A DNA stretch of 64,000 bases, taken from assembly GCA_012271015.1 (NCBI GenBank), contig JAAXHD010000105.1, forward strand, positions 5,417 to 69,416, read 5' to 3'. Positions 8,780-17,207 of this stretch are shown here, one piece after another. Made by a program: the position numbers and the translations under genes. The notes beneath the pieces were generated by a model. That model was not told the DNA's origin and did not search any database. It saw nothing but the letters and a program-made list of their open reading frames with translations. Within the stretch, counting starts at the first letter, position 1; every line of letters begins with the position of its first letter. Source of the DNA: Candidatus Poribacteria bacterium. GTDB lineage: Bacteria > Poribacteria > WGA-4E > WGA-3G.

Positions 8780-9625
8780 ATGCAATCCAATAATGCCCTT
8801 TCGGCGCAGCTTGCAAGCCGAAATTTGCTTGACAAAAGTCACGTCGATTTAACTGACGAACAGATCACCTTTTTTCAAGAGAATGGATACCTGAGCATTC
8901 CACGCATCACGACAGATGAAGAAGTGGAATGGCTTAAAGGCATCTACGATGAACTCTTTACAGGACGGACTGGGGAAGCGGAGGGACGCTACTTTGATCT
9001 CGCCGGTCCGCGTGCACACAAGGGACGGGAGACATTGCCGCAAGTGTTAGGTCCAGAGGCACAATTCCCGGAACTCCGTGAGACTGTCTATTTCCGAAAT
9101 GCGCAGCGACTCGCCGCGAGGTTGCTCCGTGTAGCAACCGATAAAGTGAGCGGTGGTGGACACATGATTTTGAAGCCTGCACATTACGGCAATGAAACAC
9201 CTTGGCATCAAGATGAGGCATATTGGAACCCAGAGGTACTGCCACACAGCTTGAGTGTTTGGCTTCCGCTTGACAAAGCGACGATCGAGAGTGGCTGCCT
9301 CCAATTTATCCCGAAATCACACAAAGGAGCGGTGCGATGGCATCGCCACATTGACGACGATCCGCTCGTACACGGGTTGGTGACGGATCATGTTGACGTA
9401 TCAGAGGCAGTTGCATGTCCGATCCCGGCAGGGGGTGCGACGTTCCATCACTGTCGGACACTGCACTATTCTGCACCGAACATTACGGCAGAAGCACGTA
9501 GGGCGTATATTCTTGTGTTCAGTGGTCCGCCCAAAAAACTGGATACACCGGCGCACCGCCCGTGGCAAACGGAGGAGCAGGAGGCACTTTCAGGGCTGAA
9601 ATCGTTAGCCGCGGAGAGGTCATAA
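8780..9625 (+). CDS. phytanoyl-CoA dioxygenase (PhyH) family Fe(II)/2-oxoglutarate oxygenase
   Basis: FFQENGYL near the N-terminus, TPWHQDEAYW (H-x-D iron ligands) and a distal TLHYSAPN histidine. No signal peptide. Confidence 0.8.
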   Translation: MQSNNALSAQLASRNLLDKSHVDLTDEQITFFQENGYLSIPRITTDEEVEWLKGIYDELFTGRTGEAEGRYFDLAGPRAHKGRETLPQVLGPEAQFPELRETVYFRNAQRLAARLLRVATDKVSGGGHMILKPAHYGNETPWHQDEAYWNPEVLPHSLSVWLPLDKATIESGCLQFIPKSHKGAVRWHRHIDDDPLVHGLVTDHVDVSEAVACPIPAGGATFHHCRTLHYSAPNITAEARRAYILVFSGPPKKLDTPAHRPWQTEEQEALSGLKSLAAERS

Positions 9626-9651
9626 GTAGATAAAGAATATAGGGAAATGGT

Positions 9652-10674
9652 ATGAAGATCATTTGTACTGGTATCAGTTGTTCGGGTCGTAAAGAACTGA
9701 TGGCGAATTTTAAGATACTTTGCATGAAACGGAAGCTGAACATCGGCTTCTTCAACGTTGGCGATGTCATGCACCGCGCTGCCGCGGAGGCGCGTGTCCA
9801 TTTTACGGACAAAGTGCTTGATTCGGATCCGGCGGTTTTATCATTGGCACGGCGCACGGCTTTCTATGAAATCGCTCGGCGCGCCGAAGATTATGAACAT
9901 GCTGTTATCGGGCTACACGCCTGCTTTCGCTGGCGTGGAAGTCTCATTGAAGGGTTTTCTTTTAGAGACATTGAAATTCTCCTACCGGACCTCTTGATTA
10001 ACGTTGTCGATAACATCACGGATATATCGGAACGGATGAAAAAAACGTCGCAATGGGAAGGAATGGGGAAAGCGGCACTCAATGTTTGGCTGGATGAAGA
10101 AGAGTTTCTAACGAGACAACTCGCCCATTTCACGGAGAAGCCACATTACACGGTCGCAAGACAACACGACCTCGAGAATTTTTATGAACTCCTCTTTTCA
10201 CCGAAGCCGAAATTTTACCTCAGTTATCCAATTACACTTCTCAGAGATACACCGAAGGAAATTGAGAAGATCCGCGAGATCGGGGAAAAACTGAGCCGTT
10301 CATTCATCGTCTTCGATCCACTCACAATCAAGGATATGGAACTCGTTACCCTCACGAAAGATGAGAGTGCTGACGCACCGCGTGTGAGTGAAATGGGCGA
10401 AGAAGTGATTGAACAGATTCAAACACGGACGATCTCACGGGATTATCAGTTCGTTCACCAGAGCGATTTTGTGGTCGTTATCTATCCGACGGATAAGTTG
10501 TCGCCTGGCGTTCTCAGCGAGATGAATTACGCTACCCGTCACAACAAACCGGTGTATGCAGTTTATCCTGGGACGCGGAGTATCTTCTTTGAGAACCTAT
10601 GTGACCGGATTTTTGACACGTATGAGGAGTTGGCGGATTTTCTGACTGCAATGTATAAAAGAGATAAGAACTAG
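9652..10674 (+). CDS. hypothetical fusion: degenerate adenylate-kinase-like N-domain plus nucleoside 2-deoxyribosyltransferase-like C-domain
   Basis: The N-terminus MKIICTGISCSGRKE resembles an eroded P-loop (GxxxxGKT changed to GxxxxGRK). The C-terminal half (KFYLSYPIT ... SDFVVVIYPTDKLSPGVLSEMNYATRHNKPVYAV) fits the NDT-like pattern: YLAGP, then a late D/S..G...E.GyA with a conserved Glu. Confidence 0.45.
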   Translation: MKIICTGISCSGRKELMANFKILCMKRKLNIGFFNVGDVMHRAAAEARVHFTDKVLDSDPAVLSLARRTAFYEIARRAEDYEHAVIGLHACFRWRGSLIEGFSFRDIEILLPDLLINVVDNITDISERMKKTSQWEGMGKAALNVWLDEEEFLTRQLAHFTEKPHYTVARQHDLENFYELLFSPKPKFYLSYPITLLRDTPKEIEKIREIGEKLSRSFIVFDPLTIKDMELVTLTKDESADAPRVSEMGEEVIEQIQTRTISRDYQFVHQSDFVVVIYPTDKLSPGVLSEMNYATRHNKPVYAVYPGTRSIFFENLCDRIFDTYEELADFLTAMYKRDKN

Positions 10675-10787
10675 CTGTTTCTAAATTCCTGAATTTCTGT
10701 TTGATAGATTCTGATCTACAGGACCTGACTATTGCCTGTATATCTGAAATTGACTTTTCATTTTCACTAACATAGAGGTGGAAGTCT

Positions 10788-12458
10788 ATGCAAGCAAAAG
10801 AAACGAGTTTTCTGAAATTTTTACGAGTTCCAAACCAGTTCCGTATACCCATTTTCCAACGTAGATACAGTTGGGAAGAGCCACATTGTGAACAACTATG
10901 GCAGGATGTGTTACGTATTGGACAAAACGATGAGACTCCATCTCACTTTCTCGGTTCAATCGTCTACATAGAACCCGACGGTAGCCAGAATATTTCAGCA
11001 GTGTCAGAATTACTCGTTATTGATGGTCAACAGCGATTAACAACTTTGTCCCTTTTGCTCTTAGCACTCAGCAGAACTATTGAAAAATCAGGTAGCGAAA
11101 TAGGTATCACACCAAAGCAAATTTCAAACTACTATCTCTTCAATGCTGATGAAGAAGGTGAGTTACGTTACAGACAGTTGCTCACCTATCATGATAAGGA
11201 TACTTTGATTCAGTTATTGGAAGACAGGGAACTTCCATCTGATGCTTCACTTCGATTGGTGGAAAACTATCGGTTCTTTGAATCGAAACTGCAAAACACC
11301 AATCTTAAGTTAGTGTACGCTGGAATCCAAAAATTAGCAATTGTAGACATAGCACTAGATCGTCGTTATGATGATCCGCAACTAATTTTTGAGAGCCTCA
11401 ATTCGACAGGACTCAGTCTTTCGCAAGCGGATCTCATACGTAACTATGTACTCATGGGGCAGGAGCTTGACTTCCAGACCAAACTTTATAATGATCATTG
11501 GTTACCTATGGAACAGCGCTTTGGAGATGCCTACGCCGAGTGGTTTGACTGGTTTATAAGGGATTATCTCACCGTTAAGAGACGGCAGATTCCCAATATC
11601 AACAACGTTTATGAAACTTTCAAAACACATGTTCCTAGACAAACGACGCTGGAAGTGCTGGAATCCACTATTGCAGAAATCGATCAGTATTCAAAACACT
11701 ATGTTAAATTTGCCCTACTTCAAGAGGAAGACCTCGATCTGCGAGAGTGTCTGAAAGACATCTATGAGTTAGAGGCTAGAGTTGCACGCCCACTCTTACT
11801 TGAGGTTTATGAAGACTATACGCCAGGGCAAATCCAGAAACCAGAACTAATTGAGATCCTTCAATTGGTAGAAAGTTATGTTTTTCGTCGCGCTATATGT
11901 GGAATTCCGACAAATACTTTGAATCGAGTCTTTGAGTCACTGATGACGAGAGTTGACAAAAGTAATTATCTCAGAAGTCTAAAGGATGCTTTCCAGCAGT
12001 TAACATCCACTAGACGCTACCCTTCAGACAACGAATTCAAGGAAGCGTTATTTATTAAAGATGTCTATAACTTCAGCAGGCGTAGTTATCTCCTACGCAA
12101 ACTGGAGAATCATGGACGCGAGGAGTTAATCAGTGTAGAGGACTACACGATCGAACATGTAATGCCGCAAAACCCCGATATGTCTGAATCATGGCAGCAA
12201 GAGTTAGGTGAAAACTGGCAGGAGGTCCAGGAAAAATACCTTCACACGATTGGTAATCTTACTCTCACTGGGTACAATTCAAAGTTAAGTGACCGCCCCT
12301 TCAAGGAAAAACAATGTATATGCGGCGGATTTCGCGATAGTCCATTGCGTTTGAATCGGAGTCTCGCTCAAACCGAGCAGTGGAATGAAAATAATATCCT
12401 GGCAAGAGCAAAGGAATTAGCGGAAAAAGCACTCAAAATCTGGATTAGCCCGGAATGA
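10788..12458 (+). CDS. DUF262/DUF1524 protein (GmrSD/BrxU/SspE-like type IV restriction-type nuclease)
   Basis: The N-terminal DUF262 domain has FRIPIFQRRYSW and IDGQQRLTTL. The C-terminal His-Me finger-like DUF1524 domain has YTIEHVMPQ ... LHTIGNLTLTGYNSKLSDRPF. Confidence 0.8.
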   Translation: MQAKETSFLKFLRVPNQFRIPIFQRRYSWEEPHCEQLWQDVLRIGQNDETPSHFLGSIVYIEPDGSQNISAVSELLVIDGQQRLTTLSLLLLALSRTIEKSGSEIGITPKQISNYYLFNADEEGELRYRQLLTYHDKDTLIQLLEDRELPSDASLRLVENYRFFESKLQNTNLKLVYAGIQKLAIVDIALDRRYDDPQLIFESLNSTGLSLSQADLIRNYVLMGQELDFQTKLYNDHWLPMEQRFGDAYAEWFDWFIRDYLTVKRRQIPNINNVYETFKTHVPRQTTLEVLESTIAEIDQYSKHYVKFALLQEEDLDLRECLKDIYELEARVARPLLLEVYEDYTPGQIQKPELIEILQLVESYVFRRAICGIPTNTLNRVFESLMTRVDKSNYLRSLKDAFQQLTSTRRYPSDNEFKEALFIKDVYNFSRRSYLLRKLENHGREELISVEDYTIEHVMPQNPDMSESWQQELGENWQEVQEKYLHTIGNLTLTGYNSKLSDRPFKEKQCICGGFRDSPLRLNRSLAQTEQWNENNILARAKELAEKALKIWISPE

Positions 12459-12928
12459 AAACCTGTAAAATCTATCTTGATAGTTGTTGTGTAAGTCGTC
12501 CTTATGACGATCAGACACAAAACAGAATTAAGTCTGAAACTGCAGCTATCCTGCAGATTATCTCTCGTTTTTGGAACGGGGAATGGCAGTCAATCACCAG
12601 TAAGGTTTTACAGTTTGAGATTAACCAAATTTCTGATTTAACAAAACGTTTTTTCGTGAAGTCACTTTTTACTTCCATACCTCAAACTATTTTTGTTTCT
12701 GTTGGTGTGTCGGAGACCCTCAGGGGTAAGCAACTGGAAGTATTGGGATTTAAAGAGTACGATGCTTTGCATATCGCTTGTGCTGAAAGCGGTAAAGCAG
12801 ATGTTCTTCTCACTACAGATGATGCAGTGATTAGGAGAGCAAAACGTTTGAGATCTCAATTCCACGTCCGAGTTGAAAATCCAGATACATGGTTGCGAGA
12901 ACATACGAGTGGTAAAGGAGGCAATTGA
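12455..12928 (+). CDS. PIN-domain ribonuclease-like protein (toxin-like)
   Basis: Acidic quartet candidates are YLDS (D9), FEI, DALHIA and LLTTDD. The start overlaps the GmrSD-like stop by 4 nt (ATGA). Confidence 0.7.
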   Translation: MKTCKIYLDSCCVSRPYDDQTQNRIKSETAAILQIISRFWNGEWQSITSKVLQFEINQISDLTKRFFVKSLFTSIPQTIFVSVGVSETLRGKQLEVLGFKEYDALHIACAESGKADVLLTTDDAVIRRAKRLRSQFHVRVENPDTWLREHTSGKGGN

Positions 12929-12929
12929 A

Positions 12930-13175
12930 ATGGATGTCTTTCTCATGACAGATGAGCAAATTTTGGAACTTGGTTTTAAGGCATTAGTTGACAAACTTGG
13001 ACCTGTTGGAATGGTCCGTTTTATCCATCAGTTTCAAGCTGGCGAAGGCGATTACACTGAAGAACGCCAGCAATGGATAGGCATGTCCGATGTTGAGACA
13101 CTCGCTAAACAGATACAACAAGCTGAAGACGACCCTGAGTGTATTGCCAAAACCCTTAAAACTATAATACAATAA
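12930..13175 (+). CDS. small acidic protein, putative cognate partner (antitoxin-like) of the PIN protein
   Basis: ATG 12930 lies 1 nt after the PIN stop codon (12926-12928). The 81-aa product is MDVFLMTDEQILELGFKALVDKLGPVGMVRFIHQFQAGEGDYTEERQQW.... I recall this pattern downstream of PIN genes in other genomes, but that is not verified here. Confidence 0.4.
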   Translation: MDVFLMTDEQILELGFKALVDKLGPVGMVRFIHQFQAGEGDYTEERQQWIGMSDVETLAKQIQQAEDDPECIAKTLKTIIQ

Positions 13176-13316
13176 CGTGAGTTGCACCTATTTATAGACA
13201 CAGCCCTTTGCTGGCATATGGTTGCTTGAAGGCATGGGAATTCGGTATTCCTATTTGGAATTGGAAGCTATATCAGGACTTACAACTTCAGTCAGTGGTT
13301 AGTTTGTCAACAGCTT

Positions 13317-14195
13317 ATGAAAATCGGTATCCTCTCACGGGGACCCCAGAACCACTCCACACGTAGGCTTAGCGAAACAGCACTCACTGCGGGACATGCC
13401 GCAGAAATTTTAGATCCCTTCGGTTTCTATCTTCATATCGGTGGCACCGGCAACCGTATTACACACCACGGGAAACCGGCAGAAGACTTTGATGTGATCG
13501 TGCCGCGGCTCAGTCGGACGACAGCACAGTACGGCGAAGAGGTCTTGGCGCACTTTGAATGGATCGGAACGCCCGTGGTGAATCGGTCAAAAGCGATTGC
13601 GGCGGCGCGACACAAATTCCACTCCCTGCGTATCCTCGCGCAGCACGGCTTACCTATCCCACCGAGTCTCACCGTCGGTTCCGCCACGTTTTTAGAGGAC
13701 GCTGTGGCGGACGTAGGAGATTATCCGTTTATTTTAAAACCGTTTCACGGCACACACGGCACGGGCGTTATGTTATTGGATACACCGACATCGCTCACCT
13801 CAGCCGTGGATGCGCTGTGTGATCTTCATCAGGATTATGTCATCCAGTCCTTTATTGCGGAAGCAGGTGGCGTTGACATCCGTGTTCTTGTGGTAGGGGG
13901 TGAAGCCGTTGCGGCAATGAAAAGGAGCGCGCCTCCGGGTGAATTCCGAGCGAATATTCATAAAGGCGCGTCTGGAGAGGCTATAGCACTGACAGACGAA
14001 TACACTCACTTGGCTATAGAAGCAGCATCAGCACTTGAATTGGAGATAGCCGGTGTGGATCTGCTCCAGACGGACGAGGGACCCGTTGTTCTGGAAGTCA
14101 ATCCATCTCCGGGATTTGAGGCGTTGGAGTCGGTCACAGGCATCGATATCGCTGGTGTGATTATTGAATTTGTAACGTCGTATGCGATGCCATGA
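13317..14195 (+). CDS. RimK-family ATP-grasp alpha-L-glutamate ligase
   Basis: MKIGILSR, FILKPFHGTHGTGV and VIQSFI..AGG.DIRVLVVGGE ... ANIHKGA ... AGVDLL..DEGPVVLEVNPSPG are typical RimK/ATP-grasp motifs. Confidence 0.85.
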   Translation: MKIGILSRGPQNHSTRRLSETALTAGHAAEILDPFGFYLHIGGTGNRITHHGKPAEDFDVIVPRLSRTTAQYGEEVLAHFEWIGTPVVNRSKAIAAARHKFHSLRILAQHGLPIPPSLTVGSATFLEDAVADVGDYPFILKPFHGTHGTGVMLLDTPTSLTSAVDALCDLHQDYVIQSFIAEAGGVDIRVLVVGGEAVAAMKRSAPPGEFRANIHKGASGEAIALTDEYTHLAIEAASALELEIAGVDLLQTDEGPVVLEVNPSPGFEALESVTGIDIAGVIIEFVTSYAMP

Positions 14196-14210
14196 ATAGT
14201 AGTCTATCTC

Positions 14211-14389
14211 AAGGAAAAATTAAAAAGATCATTCAATGCGCGTAGCCCGTAATGAAGAAAAAAATTTTGATGTTCAACCACGAGTTTCCACCGATTGGTG
14301 AAGGAAAATTAAAAAGATCATTCAATGCGCGTAGCCCGTAATGAAGAAAAAAATTTTGATGTTCAACCACGAGTTTCCACCGATTGGTG
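14211..14389. repeat. near-perfect tandem duplication (90 + 89 nt) spanning the 5' leader and first 16 codons of the glycosyltransferase gene
   Basis: Copy 14211-14300 and copy 14301-14389 differ only by one A in an A-run. Each unit starts with AAGGAAAA(A)TTAAAAAGATC and contains ATGAAGAAAAAAATTTTGATGTTCAACCACGAGTTTCCACCGATTGGTG. Confidence 0.85.
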
Positions 14390-15495
14390 GGGGTGGTGGT
14401 TGGGTCAACTACTTCTTAGGTAAACACTTCGCGGCGGCGGGGCATGAAGTGCATCTGATTACGTCTCAGTTCCGCGATTGTCCGATAGATGAAACGGTAG
14501 AGGGCTTTCACGTGCACCGTGTGCGTGCGCTTCGGAAGAACCGTGATGTGTGCGCGGTCCACGAAATGCTGACTTACGCCGTAAGTTCAAGTCTCTACGG
14601 GTTGCAGTTTGCGAAGCGGTTTCAACCGGACATCGTTCAGGTCTTTTTTGGTATTCCTGCGGGGGGTGGTGCGTATCTTCTACGGAAACTCCGCAACGTG
14701 CCGTATGTGGTGTTTTTAGGGGGGCGTGACGTGCCAAGCCGGAACCCCGATCCGCCCTATTACCGGTGGTTATACCTGCTGCTGAAGCCCATCATCCGAG
14801 CAATTTGGGGCAACGCATCAGCGGTTGTGGCGTGTAGCGACGGTTTACGTGAACTGGCAAGAGAGACGGATCCGGATGTAAAGATGGATGTGATTCCCGA
14901 CGGTTTGGATTTAGGGCGTTTTGAGCCGGTTCAACGCGATGCCTGTCCCGAAAAGGTCCAAGTGCTCACAATCGGGAGGCTTATACCGCGCAAAGGTTTC
15001 CAATTTTTGATCCGTGCGCTTCCACAAATTATCGAAAATGCGACACACAACTTTGAAATTGAAATTGTCGGCGATGGACCGTATCACGACGAACTTCTAA
15101 GATTGTCAGAAGACCTCGGTGTAGCATCCCATATCCGCTTTGCGGGTTCAGTCCCGTATTCCGAATTGCCACAAAAGTATCGTGATGCTGATGTTTTCAT
15201 CTTGCCTTCGCTCGCGGAGGGAATGCCGCTTGTCGTTTTAGAGGCAATGGGGACGGGATTGCCGATCGTTGCCAGCCGCGTTCAAGGTATTGATGAACTC
15301 GTCGTAGAGGACGCTAACGGTGCGTTGTTCGACGCGGGTGATGTTGATGGACTTGCGCACTCGCTTGTCAAACTGATTAACGCTAGTGAAAGTCGTCTTG
15401 AGATGGGCAAAGCGAGTGTTGAACGTGTTAAGCCCTACGATTGGAAACACATCGCCGACGCTTATTTAACTCTTTATGATGATATTTTAGAATAG
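14341..15495 (+). CDS. glycosyltransferase, GT4 family (GT-B fold)
   Basis: N-terminal FPPIGGGGGW. The C-terminal motif is typical GT4/EX7E: FILPSLAEGMPLVVLEAMGTGLPIVASRV. Confidence 0.85.
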   Translation: MKKKILMFNHEFPPIGGGGGWVNYFLGKHFAAAGHEVHLITSQFRDCPIDETVEGFHVHRVRALRKNRDVCAVHEMLTYAVSSSLYGLQFAKRFQPDIVQVFFGIPAGGGAYLLRKLRNVPYVVFLGGRDVPSRNPDPPYYRWLYLLLKPIIRAIWGNASAVVACSDGLRELARETDPDVKMDVIPDGLDLGRFEPVQRDACPEKVQVLTIGRLIPRKGFQFLIRALPQIIENATHNFEIEIVGDGPYHDELLRLSEDLGVASHIRFAGSVPYSELPQKYRDADVFILPSLAEGMPLVVLEAMGTGLPIVASRVQGIDELVVEDANGALFDAGDVDGLAHSLVKLINASESRLEMGKASVERVKPYDWKHIADAYLTLYDDILE

Positions 15496-15512
15496 CCGTC
15501 AGCCGTCAGCAC

Positions 15513-15533
15513 GGGTTGCTAACGCAACCCTTT
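15513..15533 (+). terminator. stem-loop after the glycosyltransferase gene (weak intrinsic terminator candidate)
   Basis: GGGTTGC-TAAC-GCAACCC is a perfect 7-bp stem, but only TTT follows it. TCAG-heptad tracts flank it (AGCCGTC AGCCGTC at 15494-15507). Confidence 0.4.
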
Positions 15534-15608
15534 CGGCAATCAGCGATCCAGCAATTGGAAACCAGAGAAATGCTAATCACTGAAGGCTCCCTATGGTTTC
15601 CAAATATT

Positions 15609-15657
15609 GTCGGGAATCGGAGTGTTTTTGCTTGGGTATTTCCGCCCTCCTACAGAA
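15609..15657. repeat. composite repeat: hairpin-CCTCCTACAG element carrying an inverted copy of the 24-nt core
   Basis: GTCGGGAATCGGA-GTGTTTTTGCTTGGGTATTTCCG-CCCTCCTACAGAA. The middle segment is the reverse complement of GGAAAtACCCAAGCAAAAACAC. Confidence 0.6.
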
Positions 15658-15693
15658 GAATTTAGGTTATTTTAGGAAAAGGAGAAAACATAC

Positions 15694-17154
15694 ATGCTGC
15701 CAACGAAAATACTTGCTATTGGAGCGGGTGGTTTACAACGCGCCTTAACCCATGAATTTGTCCATATCCTGAACCAACGAAATCTCTATGACGGCGGTAT
15801 TTTTGTCGGGCAGCCGCGCGGCACCGAGAAAGCCGATGCCTTCAATCAACAAGGTGGCGTATACCATGTTGTCACGTTCGATATGAGTGGTGTCCACGAT
15901 ATCCAACAAATTTCAAGCGTCGTCGGTGCGACGACACTTGCGACAGAGACCGGACGCGAGCAGTTCTACGCGCAGACGGAAAATCCGCTGGATCTCCTCC
16001 TTATCGGTGTAACTGAAGCGGGGATCGCCAAGGGTGAACTGGCGATGGATGTGTTGGAAGAGACCCTCTATCGCTATTTCTGTCATCACGGTGCGGATGC
16101 GACGCTGTGTGTCATCAACACGGATAACCTCCGCAATAACGGCGATATTATCCGCGATATTCTCTGTCATGAATATCCGAGACGGTCTGATGATTACGCG
16201 GCGTGGTTGGAAACAAACGTCGGGTTCCTCAACGAAATGGGGGACCGGCTTGTACCGCAGGTCTACGCTGTGCCTGACGAGATTAAAGAGGCGGCACGTG
16301 CACAGATCGAAGGTCAAGATGCACTCATAACTTATGCAGAAGCAATGCCAGCAACATCACTTATTCTTGAAGACTTGGAGAATATGTTACGCGTGCCGTT
16401 CAGTGAACTTCAGGACCGTGGCGTTATTGTTAGTCAGGAGAGCATCGAACCGTATCACGATTGGAAACTGCTTTTGGTGAATTCTGTGCATGTGCCGGGG
16501 ATTACACACAAGGGAGTGCTTTCTGGTATTGAATATGTCAACGAGGCAGCAGCACATCCAACATTTGCTCCTCACCTCGAACGTCTGATGGATGGGTACG
16601 CCAAGATTGTGGAAGCAGACATTCCGATAACCGGGAAAAGTGCTCGTGCATACTCGTTGGAATTCGTTGACCGTATTCGTCGAGTCAAAGACGACAATGC
16701 CCGGATTAACATCATTGAAAACGTGAAGCTTCGCGAACGCGCCGCCGATATCGTCCGCTCACCGAACTATGATACGAGCACAGAACTTTTCAAATCTGAC
16801 TTCGCGTATTCCTTCGCAACAGTGCTCCGGTTTCTGACCCCACATACAGTGTCAGGTGCCGACGACTATAAGGGTGTCACCGACACTGGCAAGACGTATG
16901 AAATCCGTGACCCCGACCGGACGATACAGGACGTTCTGAAGGGAGCGTTTGACACAAGCCGATCAGATGTAGATAAACGGCTTGCGGCCATTTTCTCAAA
17001 TGCGGCATTGTGGTCACCTGCCGGTGCTACGTCGCCGATCGGTTTGGACGGGAATCGGGACTTTATGGTGCGTGTTGGGCAATATTATCATCGTTTGGTC
17101 AATGGGGAGACGTGTCTTGAGGTATTAGCAAGTATTGATGACAAAGCGGTTTGA
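15694..17154 (+). CDS. mannitol dehydrogenase-family oxidoreductase (tagaturonate/altronate reductase-like)
   Basis: N-terminal ILAIGAGGLQRAL Rossmann-like segment, VINTDNLRNNG and FLNEMGDRLVPQ resemble the UxaB/UxuB family motifs (DN..NG and MVDRIVP). 486 aa. Confidence 0.55.
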   Translation: MLPTKILAIGAGGLQRALTHEFVHILNQRNLYDGGIFVGQPRGTEKADAFNQQGGVYHVVTFDMSGVHDIQQISSVVGATTLATETGREQFYAQTENPLDLLLIGVTEAGIAKGELAMDVLEETLYRYFCHHGADATLCVINTDNLRNNGDIIRDILCHEYPRRSDDYAAWLETNVGFLNEMGDRLVPQVYAVPDEIKEAARAQIEGQDALITYAEAMPATSLILEDLENMLRVPFSELQDRGVIVSQESIEPYHDWKLLLVNSVHVPGITHKGVLSGIEYVNEAAAHPTFAPHLERLMDGYAKIVEADIPITGKSARAYSLEFVDRIRRVKDDNARINIIENVKLRERAADIVRSPNYDTSTELFKSDFAYSFATVLRFLTPHTVSGADDYKGVTDTGKTYEIRDPDRTIQDVLKGAFDTSRSDVDKRLAAIFSNAALWSPAGATSPIGLDGNRDFMVRVGQYYHRLVNGETCLEVLASIDDKAV

Positions 17155-17155
17155 T

Positions 17156-17177
17156 GGCGAGGTTGGGAAACCTCGCC
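17156..17177. terminator. GGTTGGGAAACC-type hairpin between convergent genes (repeat-family member, possible bidirectional terminator)
   Basis: GGCGAGGTT-GGGA-AACCTCGCC is a 9-bp perfect stem starting 2 nt after the stop codon at 17154. There is no U-tract. Related hairpins lie at 23445-23464 and 39178-39198. Confidence 0.35.
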
Positions 17178-17207
17178 AGCGAATTGGAGGTGCGGGTATC
17201 GGTCGCG

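Noticed and set aside
9652-13175. The possibility that the defence-like islet is a discrete integrative mobile element or prophage remnant.
   Set aside because: The window contains no integrase, recombinase, tRNA attachment site or flanking direct repeats. Only the lower G+C of 10.8-13.2 kb hints at foreign origin.
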